Shown here: one piece after another, positions 16,204-24,955 of the stretch
Layout of the letters: each line of letters begins with the position of its first letter
How positions within the stretch are numbered: the stretch's first letter is position 1
Source of the DNA: Lachnospiraceae bacterium
GTDB taxonomy: Bacteria > Bacillota > Clostridia > Lachnospirales > Lachnospiraceae
NCBI GenBank assembly: GCA_017613225.1
Contig: JAGAEH010000204.1
Span: 1 to 30,448 of the forward strand
Direction of reading: 5' to 3'
Length of the DNA stretch: 30,448 nucleotides
Program-made: the position numbers and the translations under genes
Notes under the pieces: model-generated
What the model was told of the DNA's origin: nothing
The model's database searches: none
What the model saw: only the letters and a program-made list of their open reading frames with translations

Positions 16204-16278
16204 TATCAAAGGAAGGATGAACGGGAAACGGGGCAGGCGAAGCCTCCCGTGGGAGTCATTCTGGAAGGAGCAAGATCT

Positions 16279-17718
16279 ATGGAAAAATGGGAACTGATCA
16301 ACAGCGCGATCGATGAAAAGGCAGAGGCGCTCTATGCTCTGTCCGACGCGATCTGGGATGTGCCGGAGCTGGCCTTCACCGAGGAGAACGCCGCGAAGCT
16401 TTTGAGCGCGAAGCTGGAAGAGGAAGGCTTTGAAGTGGCCCGCAATGTGGCTGGGATCGAAACGGCGTTCACCGGGACTTTCGGCAGCGGCAGGCCTGTG
16501 ATCGGCATTCTGGGCGAGTTCGACGCCCTGTCTGGCCTGAGCCAGGCGGCAAACAGCCCCGTGAAGGAAGCGCTAATCCCCGGCGCCAACGGCCACGGCT
16601 GCGGCCATAACCTGCTGGGCGTAGGTTCCCTGGCAGCGGCCATCGCGGTGAAGAAGTACCTGGAGGAGACCAAGGTCCCGGGAACGGTCATCTACTACGG
16701 CTGCCCCGGTGAAGAGGGCGGCGCCGGCAAGGCCTTCATGGCAAGGGAAGGCGTCTTCGAGGGCCTGGACTGCGCCTTGACCTGGCATCCTTCCCACATC
16801 AATTCCTCCGCGCCCCACAGCTCGCTGGCCAACATGCAGATGAAGTTCACCTTTGACGGCATCGCCTCCCACGCGGCGGGCGCGCCGGAAAACGGCCGCA
16901 GCGCCCTGGACGCCGTGACGCTGATGAACACCGGCGTACAGTTCCTGCGGGAGCATACCAACATGAAGGACCGGATCCACTACGCGGTGACGGACACCGG
17001 CGGCGTCTCTCCCAACGTGGTGCAGGCCCATGCCGAAGTGATCTACCTGGTGCGCACGCCCCATCTGAACACCCTGTTCCCGCTGGTGGAGCGGGTAAAG
17101 AACATCGCCCGGGGCGCGGCCCTGATGACGGACACCACCATGAGCTTCGAGGTCCACAAGATCACGGCGGATACGGTACCCAACGCCACGCTGCAGAAGG
17201 TGCTGCGCCGGAACATGGAGCAGGCGGGCCTGCCGAAGTTCACGGAAGAGGACTACGCCTACGCGAAGGCCATGAGCCAGTCCATCCAGCTGCGGCAGAA
17301 GGTCCTGCCCACGGTGGTGATCCTGGACGAGAACCTGGCGGAGGTGGTGGCGGCCCATCAGGACGATTACCTGTACGATTTCCTGATCCCGGAATTCCCC
17401 TATGTGGTGGAAGGCTCCGGTTCCACGGACGTGGGCGACGTGAGCTGGAACACCCCCACGGCGGAGATCAACACCGCCACGGAGTGCGCCGGCACCTCCA
17501 TGCACACCTGGCAGGCCACGGCCCAGGGCAAGGGCCCCATTGCCCATAAGTCAATGCTGTTCGCGGGCAAGGCCCTCGCAGGCGGCGCCATCGACCTGAT
17601 CAACGATCCCTCGCTGATCGAGGCCGCCACAAAGGAGTGGAAACGCCGCCTGAACGGCGCCGTCTATCAGAAACTGCCGCCGGAGCTGAAGCCCCGCAAG
17701 GCAGGAAAAAAGCAGTAA
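16279..17718 (+). CDS. M20 family amidohydrolase, AbgB-like (p-aminobenzoyl-glutamate hydrolase subunit B-like)
   Basis: ATG after GGAG; PELAFTE, GILGEFDALSGLSQ, GHGCGHNLLG, GCPGEEGG.GK.FM.R.G.F, HAAGAPE.GRSALDAV, GSTDVGDVSW. Confidence 0.9.
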   Translation: MEKWELINSAIDEKAEALYALSDAIWDVPELAFTEENAAKLLSAKLEEEGFEVARNVAGIETAFTGTFGSGRPVIGILGEFDALSGLSQAANSPVKEALIPGANGHGCGHNLLGVGSLAAAIAVKKYLEETKVPGTVIYYGCPGEEGGAGKAFMAREGVFEGLDCALTWHPSHINSSAPHSSLANMQMKFTFDGIASHAAGAPENGRSALDAVTLMNTGVQFLREHTNMKDRIHYAVTDTGGVSPNVVQAHAEVIYLVRTPHLNTLFPLVERVKNIARGAALMTDTTMSFEVHKITADTVPNATLQKVLRRNMEQAGLPKFTEEDYAYAKAMSQSIQLRQKVLPTVVILDENLAEVVAAHQDDYLYDFLIPEFPYVVEGSGSTDVGDVSWNTPTAEINTATECAGTSMHTWQATAQGKGPIAHKSMLFAGKALAGGAIDLINDPSLIEAATKEWKRRLNGAVYQKLPPELKPRKAGKKQ

Positions 17719-17747
17719 AAGCACGGAGAATGTAACCCACTCGTTAC

Positions 17748-17776
17748 TTGTCCGCCGCCATAAACTGTGCTACACT
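17748..17776 (+). promoter_or_regulatory. Putative sigma-A promoter of the pilus cluster
   Basis: TTGTCC (17748-17753), 17 nt, TACACT (17771-17776) with TGn. Confidence 0.5.
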
Positions 17777-17778
17777 TG

Positions 17779-17810
17779 AGTCCGGTCGTTCTGACCGGAC
17801 TTTTTCTTTT
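17779..17810 (+). terminator. Intrinsic terminator after the amidohydrolase
   Basis: AGTCCGGTC-GTTCT-GACCGGACT-TTTTCTTTT. Confidence 0.8.
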
Positions 17811-17970
17811 CCGTCTCGGAAAATACTCAAACTGATCTGATCCTGTATTACAGACGGCACTGCCGTTTGATCTGCCGCGTGCATGGGGCCTTCCCTCTGC
17901 TCGCGCGCGTCTGCCATGCGGAAGGAGCTTTCCGGCTGCGTGGTCCGCCCATTCGGGCAGGGAGTAAGCG

Positions 17971-18180
17971 ATGAAACATAAATGGATGCTGCTGGTCCTG
18001 GCCATCCTGCTGCTGTTCGGGCCGAGAGGCCCGCTGATGGCGGAAGGCCGGACGCTCAACATAGATGCCTCCGCGGCTGCGGATAGCAGGATGAACGACC
18101 GTATCCTGCTGGCCGCTCTGCCGGGGACGGTCCTGGCCGCCGGGCTTGCCTGCGGCAGAAGGAGGGGCGATGAAACGTGA
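17971..18180 (+). CDS. Small hypothetical protein: signal-peptide-like N-terminus, C-terminal hydrophobic segment and RRR tail
   Basis: GGGAG SD, 69 aa, overlaps the start of the signal-peptidase-like gene. Confidence 0.55.
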   Translation: MKHKWMLLVLAILLLFGPRGPLMAEGRTLNIDASAAADSRMNDRILLAALPGTVLAAGLACGRRRGDET

Positions 18181-18658
18181 GTGGATCCGCCTGGGGATCA
18201 AACTGGGGCTGACGGCTACGGCCCTGGTCTTTGTCCTGAACCTCTGCTTTGGGCTGCGCATCAACTACGGCAATTTTGCCTGGCCTTCCGTCCGGGACGG
18301 GGACCTGGTGATCTACCGGATCTGGGGAAGACGTTCCCCGGAGCCGGGGCAGCTGGCGGTCTACCGGGACGGGGAGGAGATCCGCGTCGCCCGGGTGATC
18401 GCCGCCCAGGCAGGCCAGAGCGTGGACATCACGGCCCAGGGCGTGCTGGTGGACGGCAGCATTTTGGCGGAGGAGGCGGTCTTTCCCACTGATCCGGACA
18501 GTGTTTCGACGGATCTGCCTCTGACGCTTCAGGAGGGAGAGGTCTTTCTGCTGCATGACTATCGCAGCGATGACCGGGACAGCCGGACACTGGGCCCGGT
18601 CCCGGCGGAGGATCTGCTGGGGACCGTGGTGCTGGTGATCCGCTGGAGGGGCTTTTAG
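18170..18658 (+). CDS. Signal peptidase I-like protein lacking the catalytic Ser/Lys (SipA/LepA-like pilus chaperone)
   Basis: N-terminal TM; boxes G.FAWP.VRDGDLV, VARVIA..GQSVDI, L.EGEVFLL.DYR.DDRDSR.LGPV...DLLG; adjacent to pilin and SrtB genes. Confidence 0.85.
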   Translation: MKREWIRLGIKLGLTATALVFVLNLCFGLRINYGNFAWPSVRDGDLVIYRIWGRRSPEPGQLAVYRDGEEIRVARVIAAQAGQSVDITAQGVLVDGSILAEEAVFPTDPDSVSTDLPLTLQEGEVFLLHDYRSDDRDSRTLGPVPAEDLLGTVVLVIRWRGF

Positions 18659-18682
18659 ATCATTCATGAAGGAGCTTGAACC

Positions 18683-19963
18683 ATGAAAAAGAACCATTTT
18701 TCGAAGTTTTTGGCGCTGACGGCAGCCGTGATGCTGGCCGCCGGCCAGACCATCCCTGCCTTTGGGGCAGCGGCTTACACCCCCGTGGAGGGGACGGAGA
18801 CTACTTTTAAGAAATACCTGATCCTGGAGGCCGGGGCACAGGTGCCTAACGTGACCTTTTCCTACACCGCGGCCCCCGGCGAGGCCCGTTCGGCGGACAC
18901 GGCCGACAACACGGTGATGGAGGTGCTGCCCGGCATCGGCAGTCCCGTGATCACGGATACGGTCTTCACCGCGGAGGATACGACGGTGAACGCGGTGCAG
19001 GAGGGCGACATCGACGTGGCTCGCGCCGCCTCCTCCCGGGCCGAGGGACTGACGGCCGAAAACGGCGTGGAATTTGAGACGGCAAAGGGAGAAAAATACG
19101 CGGTTAAGACAGCCGTCGTGGATCTTTCCGGCATCAGCTTTGACGAACCGGGCATCTACCGCTACATCGTGACCGAGACGGCCTCCGCCGAGGACGAGGC
19201 GAGGGGCATCATGCACGACAACGACACGGACAGGGTGCTGGACGTCTACGTGACGGATGACGGAAACGGCACGCTGCAGATATCCTCTTACGTGCTGCAC
19301 ACCGAGGACGCGGACGTGGTGATCGGCACGGACATGGGGTCCTACGACGTGCAGGAACAGGCCGCAGCCCTGGAGGACAAGACCGACGGCTTTACCAATG
19401 AATACAGTACCAGCGACTTGACGTTCCGGAAGGACGTGGCGGGCAACCAGGCCTCCCGGGACAAGTGGTTCGCCCTGACGCTGAAGCTGGAAGGCCTGAC
19501 TGCGGGGGATAAGTATACGGTCTCCCTGGCGGACGACGGCGACGAAAACACCGCCGACGGCAATGCGGACGCGGTGTCCGGCAATACGGCATCCACCATC
19601 GATGAAAACCGGGGAAAGGCCAACGTGACGGAACTGACCGCGGGGGAGGACGGGACCGTCCTGCAGACCTTCTACCTGCAGCACGGCCAGTCCGTGGCGG
19701 TGCTGGGCCTGCCCCTGAACGCCTCCTATGAAGTGACGGAAAACGCGGAGGACTACAAGTCCGAAGCCGGCGCCGTGGAGGGCTTTGAAGACGCCGCAAA
19801 CGGCACCATGGCTCAGGATGTGAAGACGTCCTTCCTAAACACCCGCGACGGCATCATTCCCACCGGCGTCGCGATGGCGATGCTTCCCGGGCTGGCCGCG
19901 GCGGCGGCCGGCGGCGCAGGTCTTGCCGTCCTGGTGATCCGCCGCAGACGCAGAAACGGATGA
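18683..19963 (+). CDS. Backbone (major) pilin, FctA/Spy0128-like CnaB folds, IPTG sorting signal
   Basis: Signal peptide; TFKKYL, FDEPGIYRYIVTE, FTNEY, LTFRKDVAGN, YEVTE, FLNTR (Lys/Glu/Asn isopeptide pattern); IIPTG + TM + RRRRR. Confidence 0.85.
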   Translation: MKKNHFSKFLALTAAVMLAAGQTIPAFGAAAYTPVEGTETTFKKYLILEAGAQVPNVTFSYTAAPGEARSADTADNTVMEVLPGIGSPVITDTVFTAEDTTVNAVQEGDIDVARAASSRAEGLTAENGVEFETAKGEKYAVKTAVVDLSGISFDEPGIYRYIVTETASAEDEARGIMHDNDTDRVLDVYVTDDGNGTLQISSYVLHTEDADVVIGTDMGSYDVQEQAAALEDKTDGFTNEYSTSDLTFRKDVAGNQASRDKWFALTLKLEGLTAGDKYTVSLADDGDENTADGNADAVSGNTASTIDENRGKANVTELTAGEDGTVLQTFYLQHGQSVAVLGLPLNASYEVTENAEDYKSEAGAVEGFEDAANGTMAQDVKTSFLNTRDGIIPTGVAMAMLPGLAAAAAGGAGLAVLVIRRRRRNG

Positions 19964-19977
19964 TCTGACAGGATCCA

Positions 19978-20697
19978 ATGGATCAGAAGAAGCTGATCGG
20001 CATGCTGAACAAGGCGCTGGATCTGTGCCTGATGACCGGCTTTCTGGCCGTTTTCCTGCTGGGGCTCTACTTCACCTGCGACCTGGTGCACGTCCATGCC
20101 GGCGTGAGGACGGAGAAGGTGATGAAGTACCGGCCGGCAGACGGTCAGACCGCCGGCCTGAAGGAACTTTCGGAGGACTGCGTGGGCTGGCTGACCATCG
20201 ACGGCACGGGCATCGACTACCCGGTGATGCAGGGGAGGGACAACGTCGAGTATCTGAACAAGGATCCCTACGGGGAGTACTCCCTGGCGGGCTCCGTCTT
20301 TCTGGACTCCCGCAACGCACCGGACTTTTCGGATCCCTACCTGTTGATCTACGGCCATCACATGGAGGCAGGCGCCATGTTCGGCGCCCTGGACGCCTTT
20401 TCGGATCCGCGGTATTTCGCGTCCCACAGGAGCGGCAGGCTGACGACGGCAGACGGAGTCTTCCGGATCCGGCTCTTTGCCTTTCTGGAGACGGACGTGA
20501 AGGACCGGGCGGTGTTCTCCCCCACGGAGGGGGAGGGCCCGCGCGGCTCCATTTCGGAACGGGCGGCCATCGACTATGGGGCACCGCGGGACGCGGTGAT
20601 CCTGGGGCTGTCCACCTGCACGAAACCGCTGTCATCGAAGCGGATCTGCCTGTTCGGCGTGCTGGAAAAAGAAGATAGAACGGAGGAAATGTCATGA
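19978..20697 (+). CDS. srtB: Class B sortase
   Basis: N-terminal TM; VGWLTIDGT.IDYPVMQG.DN..YL, GSVFLDSRN..DFSD...IYGHHM..G.MFG.L, LSTC, downstream Arg (KRI). Confidence 0.93.
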   Translation: MDQKKLIGMLNKALDLCLMTGFLAVFLLGLYFTCDLVHVHAGVRTEKVMKYRPADGQTAGLKELSEDCVGWLTIDGTGIDYPVMQGRDNVEYLNKDPYGEYSLAGSVFLDSRNAPDFSDPYLLIYGHHMEAGAMFGALDAFSDPRYFASHRSGRLTTADGVFRIRLFAFLETDVKDRAVFSPTEGEGPRGSISERAAIDYGAPRDAVILGLSTCTKPLSSKRICLFGVLEKEDRTEEMS

Positions 20698-21266
20698 AGA
20701 TCAGATGGATCGCGGCACTGACCGCGGCGGCAGCGGTGATGATCATCCCGGCGCTGTCCGGCCATGCCGCGTTTCGGGAACAGCCCATAGAGATCCCCTT
20801 TCATGTGGCGGTGAAAGCCGACGGGAGCGGCGAGTCCTGCAGGATCGTCATCGAGTGCGCGGACGACCCGGAGCAGGACCGGATCCTGACGGTGAAGGAG
20901 GGGAGCCAGATGGCCCTGTCCTTCAGAATGGAAGAACCGGGGAGCCGCACTTACCGGATCTACCAGCTGGAAGGGACGAGAAGCGGCATGGAATACGATA
21001 AAAGCGTGTATACGGCGGTGGTCTTCGCGTGGAATGACGGCGGCGGGCTGCAGGGCACCGTGATCCTGAACCGGGACGCGGAGGCGGAAAAACCTGCGGA
21101 AGCAGTATTCTGCAACAGGCTGAATACAACGCCCGAACAGCCGCCGGAGCCGCAGGTAAAGACCGGGGACGAGACCCGCACCGTGCTTTGGAGCGGGGCC
21201 GGCCTGGCAGCCGCAGCCGCGGCAGGAGTACTGTTCCTGCTGTTTAGAAGGGGGAAGAGACTATGA
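20694..21266 (+). CDS. Minor/anchor pilin, Spy0128-like single domain, VKTGD sorting signal
   Basis: Signal peptide; EPGSRTYRIYQ..G...YDKSVY, VFCN, Pro-rich linker (TTPEQPPEP), VKTGD + TM + RRGKR. Confidence 0.75.
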   Translation: MKIRWIAALTAAAAVMIIPALSGHAAFREQPIEIPFHVAVKADGSGESCRIVIECADDPEQDRILTVKEGSQMALSFRMEEPGSRTYRIYQLEGTRSGMEYDKSVYTAVVFAWNDGGGLQGTVILNRDAEAEKPAEAVFCNRLNTTPEQPPEPQVKTGDETRTVLWSGAGLAAAAAAGVLFLLFRRGKRL

Positions 21267-24200
21267 GGAAGATCACAGTTTTGATCACAGCGCTGGCGCT
21301 GTTTACGTCCTCTGTATTCCTGCGGCCCCTGGGGGCCGAGACCCTGCGGTACGGCAGAGAAGAGGCCCGGGAAACGTCCCTTCAGGGGACTTTCGCGGGG
21401 GAGGAGGCGGAGCATGACGGTGAAGACCGCGGCGGGCTCTCTGAAGATCCGCGCAAAGAAGGAGCGGAGGAACTGCAGGATGCGCCGGAGGAGCGGGCAG
21501 AGGAGCCTGAAGATAAAGACGGGTCGAACGACCTTGAAACTGCGGCGAAGCCGGAGGATTCTGAAGATAAAGATGGGCAGGATGGATCTGGAACTGCGTC
21601 AGAGCTGGAAGATAATGAAGCTGGAACGAAGCCGGAAGATGCTGAAACTGCGGTGGGATTGGAAGGCACTGAAGCAGAAACGAAGCCGGAAGGTAGTGAA
21701 ACTGCGACGGAACCAGAGGGTAGTGAAACTGCGGCGGAGCAGGGTGACTCCGGCACTGCGGCAGCGGACGCGGATCAAACGAAGGAGGACGCCGGTGATG
21801 CGGAGCAGAAGAGCGAAGAAGACGACGGTGAAAACGGTCTGGGCGGAACGGAAGAAGAGCCGGGTGACCTGGAAGAGCCAGGGGCAGACGCAGATGAAGA
21901 ATCATCGCTCCCTGGATTCGGGACGGACGGTTCAGAAACTGTAGCAGTGACGGAAGAGCCCGCGGAGGAGAGCACGGAGCCCAAAGAGGCAGAGGAGTCC
22001 GAAGCTCCAAAAAAGGCGGCGGGAGACACCCGCGCGGCGGTGTACCGGGTCACGGTGCGGATCCGCGCCAACGGCGGCAGCATCGACACGCCGGCGGAGG
22101 ACGCGAACACCGTCTACCCCATCTACCGGGTCCTGGCCAGTACGGACAGGGTGCAGATCAAGCGATCCAAGACGGCGGGCTGGGCCAACTACTCGGAGGT
22201 GGTCACCACGGATGAGACCTATCACAACCTGATCAACGTGGGGGAGATGGGGCTGTACCGGACGGGATACCACGTCATTTCGGGCCGCGCCTACAACACA
22301 AAGGCAGACGCTTCCGGCCTGCGGATCAGCCAGGTCAACAGCGCCAGCAGCTCCACGAATCCCGCCACGGCGGTCCGCATAAACGGCGGGGAGCCGGTGA
22401 CAGAGGACAAGACCGTGGACATCTATGTGGAGTGGATCGAGGACAGCTGCACCATCGTGCTGCACAGCAACGGCGGCAGCTGGTACCGTCCTGCTCAGGG
22501 AGAACCCGCCGGCGCGCTGGGAACGCCCTCGGGCAGCGGCACGGACCGCACTTTTACGAAGACGCTGAAATACCAGGATACGGCGGTGCTCCACAATACA
22601 TTCGAGGAACTGCTGACGGACTACTATATCATCAACGACTATGCGGAGGACGACTTTGTGATCCCGGAGGGTACGGAAAGCCGCTGGATCACGTGGTTCC
22701 GGCGGGACGGCTACGTGTTTCAGGGATGGAATACGCAGCCCGACATAAACGGAGCGGCCACCTCCCGCTACCCGGGCAGAAACGTGCTGGACGGCGGGAA
22801 GATGCTGGACACCCAGGGGACTCTGATATCTTCCGCCGTCAACAACTTCGGGGAATCCTGCAAACTGAACATGAGCAAGCTGGGGGCGGCCAACGGGGAC
22901 ACGGTCCATCTGTACGCCCAGTGGAGGAAACAGGTCACGGCTGGGGCAGGGGAGCTGTCCTCCGGCGTGAGGCTTTCCGCGGAAGGGTTTTCCAGCAGTT
23001 CCCCGTTGTACGACGGCCTGGAACTGATGATCCCCAACCTTGCGAACGATACCGCGGAAAAGCTGCAGGCGGGAGGCTCGGAGGACTTCGTCTGGCAGGT
23101 GAAGAACGGAATAGGACACTTCTGGCTCCAGAGCCCGCTGACCAAAAACGTGCCCTATGATTCCGGCAGCACGCTGTGGGTCCTCTTTCCCGACCGCGCC
23201 TATGACATCCACGGGGTGACCTATGACGTCAAGGTGACGCTGACTGATATCCGGCTGCTGGCGTCCAGGGACGTGGATGCGGGATCGCCCAACATCTTCC
23301 GGGTGGACATGGCCAACGGCGAGGTGCAGTGCTCGGCCTACCCTTCCCAGACCGGGGCGTCCTATACCGTCACCATTCAGATCTTCGAATCCGGGACGGA
23401 CCGGGAGGTCACGGGGATGCGGAGCATGGTGCTGCTGCGGGACATGGACATTCCGGACAGGATCGGCGGGGCGGCCAGGTACCAGTACCGCTGGAACGAC
23501 GGGGCCTCCCCCGCCGGGACGTACACGACGGCAAACGGACGGGTGCCCGCGATCTACCCCTACGCGGAGGCGGTAAAGATCCCTGCTTCTTCCATCGCGG
23601 CGCCTTACACCCGTGCCGCGGGAAAGGTGCTCTACATGCAGCAGGACAACTCGCTGGTGTTCGCGGAGACCGCTGACGGCATCCATGTGACCGGCAGTGA
23701 GTATACCGGATCTCAGAGCAGCGAGCTGGGGCAGGTCCTGCAGCGGGATTCCTATAAGACCGGCGTGGCCTTTCCCACTGTCACCGGCAGTACGGAATTC
23801 GTCTGGACCGGAAATTCCTGCGGCACTACGCTGTTTGAGGACGGCGAGCTGAACCGGATCACCTCCGAAGTCGTGGAAGAGGACGGTGTCACCCCGGTCA
23901 ATGGAGGCACCGGAGATCCGGAAGAAGGCGGGACCATCACCTTCGGCGGCCTGGGACCCCGTGCCTATCCTTTTAACAGCAGCACCGTCTACAGCGTGAC
24001 GCCCGCAGAAAACTACAAGGTCACCCGCGTCTGGCTGGACATGGGGACGGACCACATGACGGAGCTCATCGTGGACGGAGAAGAGCACACCGTGAGCGGC
24101 GGGGGTACCTACCGGATCTCGGAGGAAGGCGGCAGCTTTACTTTCGTAGGGATCGTGGCGGACCATGACATCCGCGTCTCCTTCGTCCGCAGCTGGCCCC

Positions 24201-24694
24201 GCGCCGGATCTCTCTCGGTGGAAAAGATCGTAGCGGGGAGCATGGGCAGCCGGGACAAGGCATTTCACTTTACGGTCAGGCTGGCCCACGAGCTGGGTTA
24301 TGAGAATTATCCGGAGGAGGGGATCACCGTCCGGCTGAACGACGGGGAGGAACAGGTGATGACGCCTGCTTTTGATCTGGAAGAGCCCGGCTGCGCGGTG
24401 CTTCAGCTTACGCTGACTCACGGTGACGTCGTGACGCTGAGCGGCCTGTGGGAGGATACGGTCTATACCGTCACCGAGGAGGAAGCGGACCGGAACGGCT
24501 ATGCCACGGCCTATGAGAACGGCAGCGGCGTGATCGCGGCGGATCAGACCGCTGCCGTGAGAGTGACCAACGCCAGGGATCTGGCTGTGCCCACCGGGGC
24601 GTCCATGCCCATGGGGCTGCCGATCCTTGCCGCGGGGCTGGCCGGCGTCACTGGCGTCCTCGCGGGCAGAAAAGGCAGGAAAAGCGGAACTTGA
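21263..24694 (+). CDS. Large sortase-anchored surface protein / tip adhesin with acidic stalk, InlB B-repeat-like domains and VPTG signal
   Basis: Signal peptide; ~220 aa Glu/Asp-rich region; NGG...GYVFQGWNT.P...LYAQW (B-repeat-like); C-terminal LSVEKIVAGSMGSRDKAFHFTV...YTVTEE...VTN; VPTG + TM + RKGRK. Confidence 0.8.
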   Translation: MRKITVLITALALFTSSVFLRPLGAETLRYGREEARETSLQGTFAGEEAEHDGEDRGGLSEDPRKEGAEELQDAPEERAEEPEDKDGSNDLETAAKPEDSEDKDGQDGSGTASELEDNEAGTKPEDAETAVGLEGTEAETKPEGSETATEPEGSETAAEQGDSGTAAADADQTKEDAGDAEQKSEEDDGENGLGGTEEEPGDLEEPGADADEESSLPGFGTDGSETVAVTEEPAEESTEPKEAEESEAPKKAAGDTRAAVYRVTVRIRANGGSIDTPAEDANTVYPIYRVLASTDRVQIKRSKTAGWANYSEVVTTDETYHNLINVGEMGLYRTGYHVISGRAYNTKADASGLRISQVNSASSSTNPATAVRINGGEPVTEDKTVDIYVEWIEDSCTIVLHSNGGSWYRPAQGEPAGALGTPSGSGTDRTFTKTLKYQDTAVLHNTFEELLTDYYIINDYAEDDFVIPEGTESRWITWFRRDGYVFQGWNTQPDINGAATSRYPGRNVLDGGKMLDTQGTLISSAVNNFGESCKLNMSKLGAANGDTVHLYAQWRKQVTAGAGELSSGVRLSAEGFSSSSPLYDGLELMIPNLANDTAEKLQAGGSEDFVWQVKNGIGHFWLQSPLTKNVPYDSGSTLWVLFPDRAYDIHGVTYDVKVTLTDIRLLASRDVDAGSPNIFRVDMANGEVQCSAYPSQTGASYTVTIQIFESGTDREVTGMRSMVLLRDMDIPDRIGGAARYQYRWNDGASPAGTYTTANGRVPAIYPYAEAVKIPASSIAAPYTRAAGKVLYMQQDNSLVFAETADGIHVTGSEYTGSQSSELGQVLQRDSYKTGVAFPTVTGSTEFVWTGNSCGTTLFEDGELNRITSEVVEEDGVTPVNGGTGDPEEGGTITFGGLGPRAYPFNSSTVYSVTPAENYKVTRVWLDMGTDHMTELIVDGEEHTVSGGGTYRISEEGGSFTFVGIVADHDIRVSFVRSWPRAGSLSVEKIVAGSMGSRDKAFHFTVRLAHELGYENYPEEGITVRLNDGEEQVMTPAFDLEEPGCAVLQLTLTHGDVVTLSGLWEDTVYTVTEEEADRNGYATAYENGSGVIAADQTAAVRVTNARDLAVPTGASMPMGLPILAAGLAGVTGVLAGRKGRKSGT

Positions 24695-24718
24695 AAAGGT
24701 GACTGTTGTCAGTATAAT
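24691..24718 (+). promoter_or_regulatory. Promoter of hicB-hicA, overlapping the adhesin stop codon
   Basis: TTGAAA (24691-24696), 16 nt, TATAAT (24713-24718). Confidence 0.6.
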
Positions 24719-24751
24719 GAAAGGAGAATCTATAAGATGGAGAGTATCATC

Positions 24752-24955
24752 ATGACAAGATCCGTCTATGTTGTAAAAGAGGAGGAATGGTTCGTGGCGC
24801 AGGACATCGTGTCAGGGATCGCGTCACAGGGGAAGAGTGTGCCTGAGGCGCTGGCAAACCTGCGCGAAGCCCTGGTCCTGTACTATCAGGATGTCTCTCC
24901 CGAAGAGCCTGCGGAGCATGAAGTGTATTTTACCACGATCGAGGTGCCGGTCTAG
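24752..24955 (+). CDS. hicB: HicB-like antitoxin, short form (alternative start 24737)
   Basis: VYVVKEEEWFVA.D..SGIASQGKSV.EALANLREAL.LY, a HicB_like fold motif; no C-terminal DNA-binding domain. Confidence 0.8.
   Translation: MTRSVYVVKEEEWFVAQDIVSGIASQGKSVPEALANLREALVLYYQDVSPEEPAEHEVYFTTIEVPV

Noticed and set aside
17800-17970. c-di-GMP riboswitch upstream of the pilus genes
   Set aside because: The GGCAAA/GAAA/GCAAAGC (class I) and class II consensus elements are not present.
18056-19684. 542 aa minus-strand ORF (likewise 6507-7754 and 16573-17547)
   Set aside because: Antisense shadows of well-supported genes.
21932-24421. 829 aa antisense ORF
   Set aside because: Shadow of the adhesin; high GC3 removes stops on the opposite strand, and there are no recognisable motifs.
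24700-24711. TGAC-TGTT-GTCA as a HicB operator
   Set aside because: Only 4 bp arms, and this HicB lacks a DNA-binding domain.
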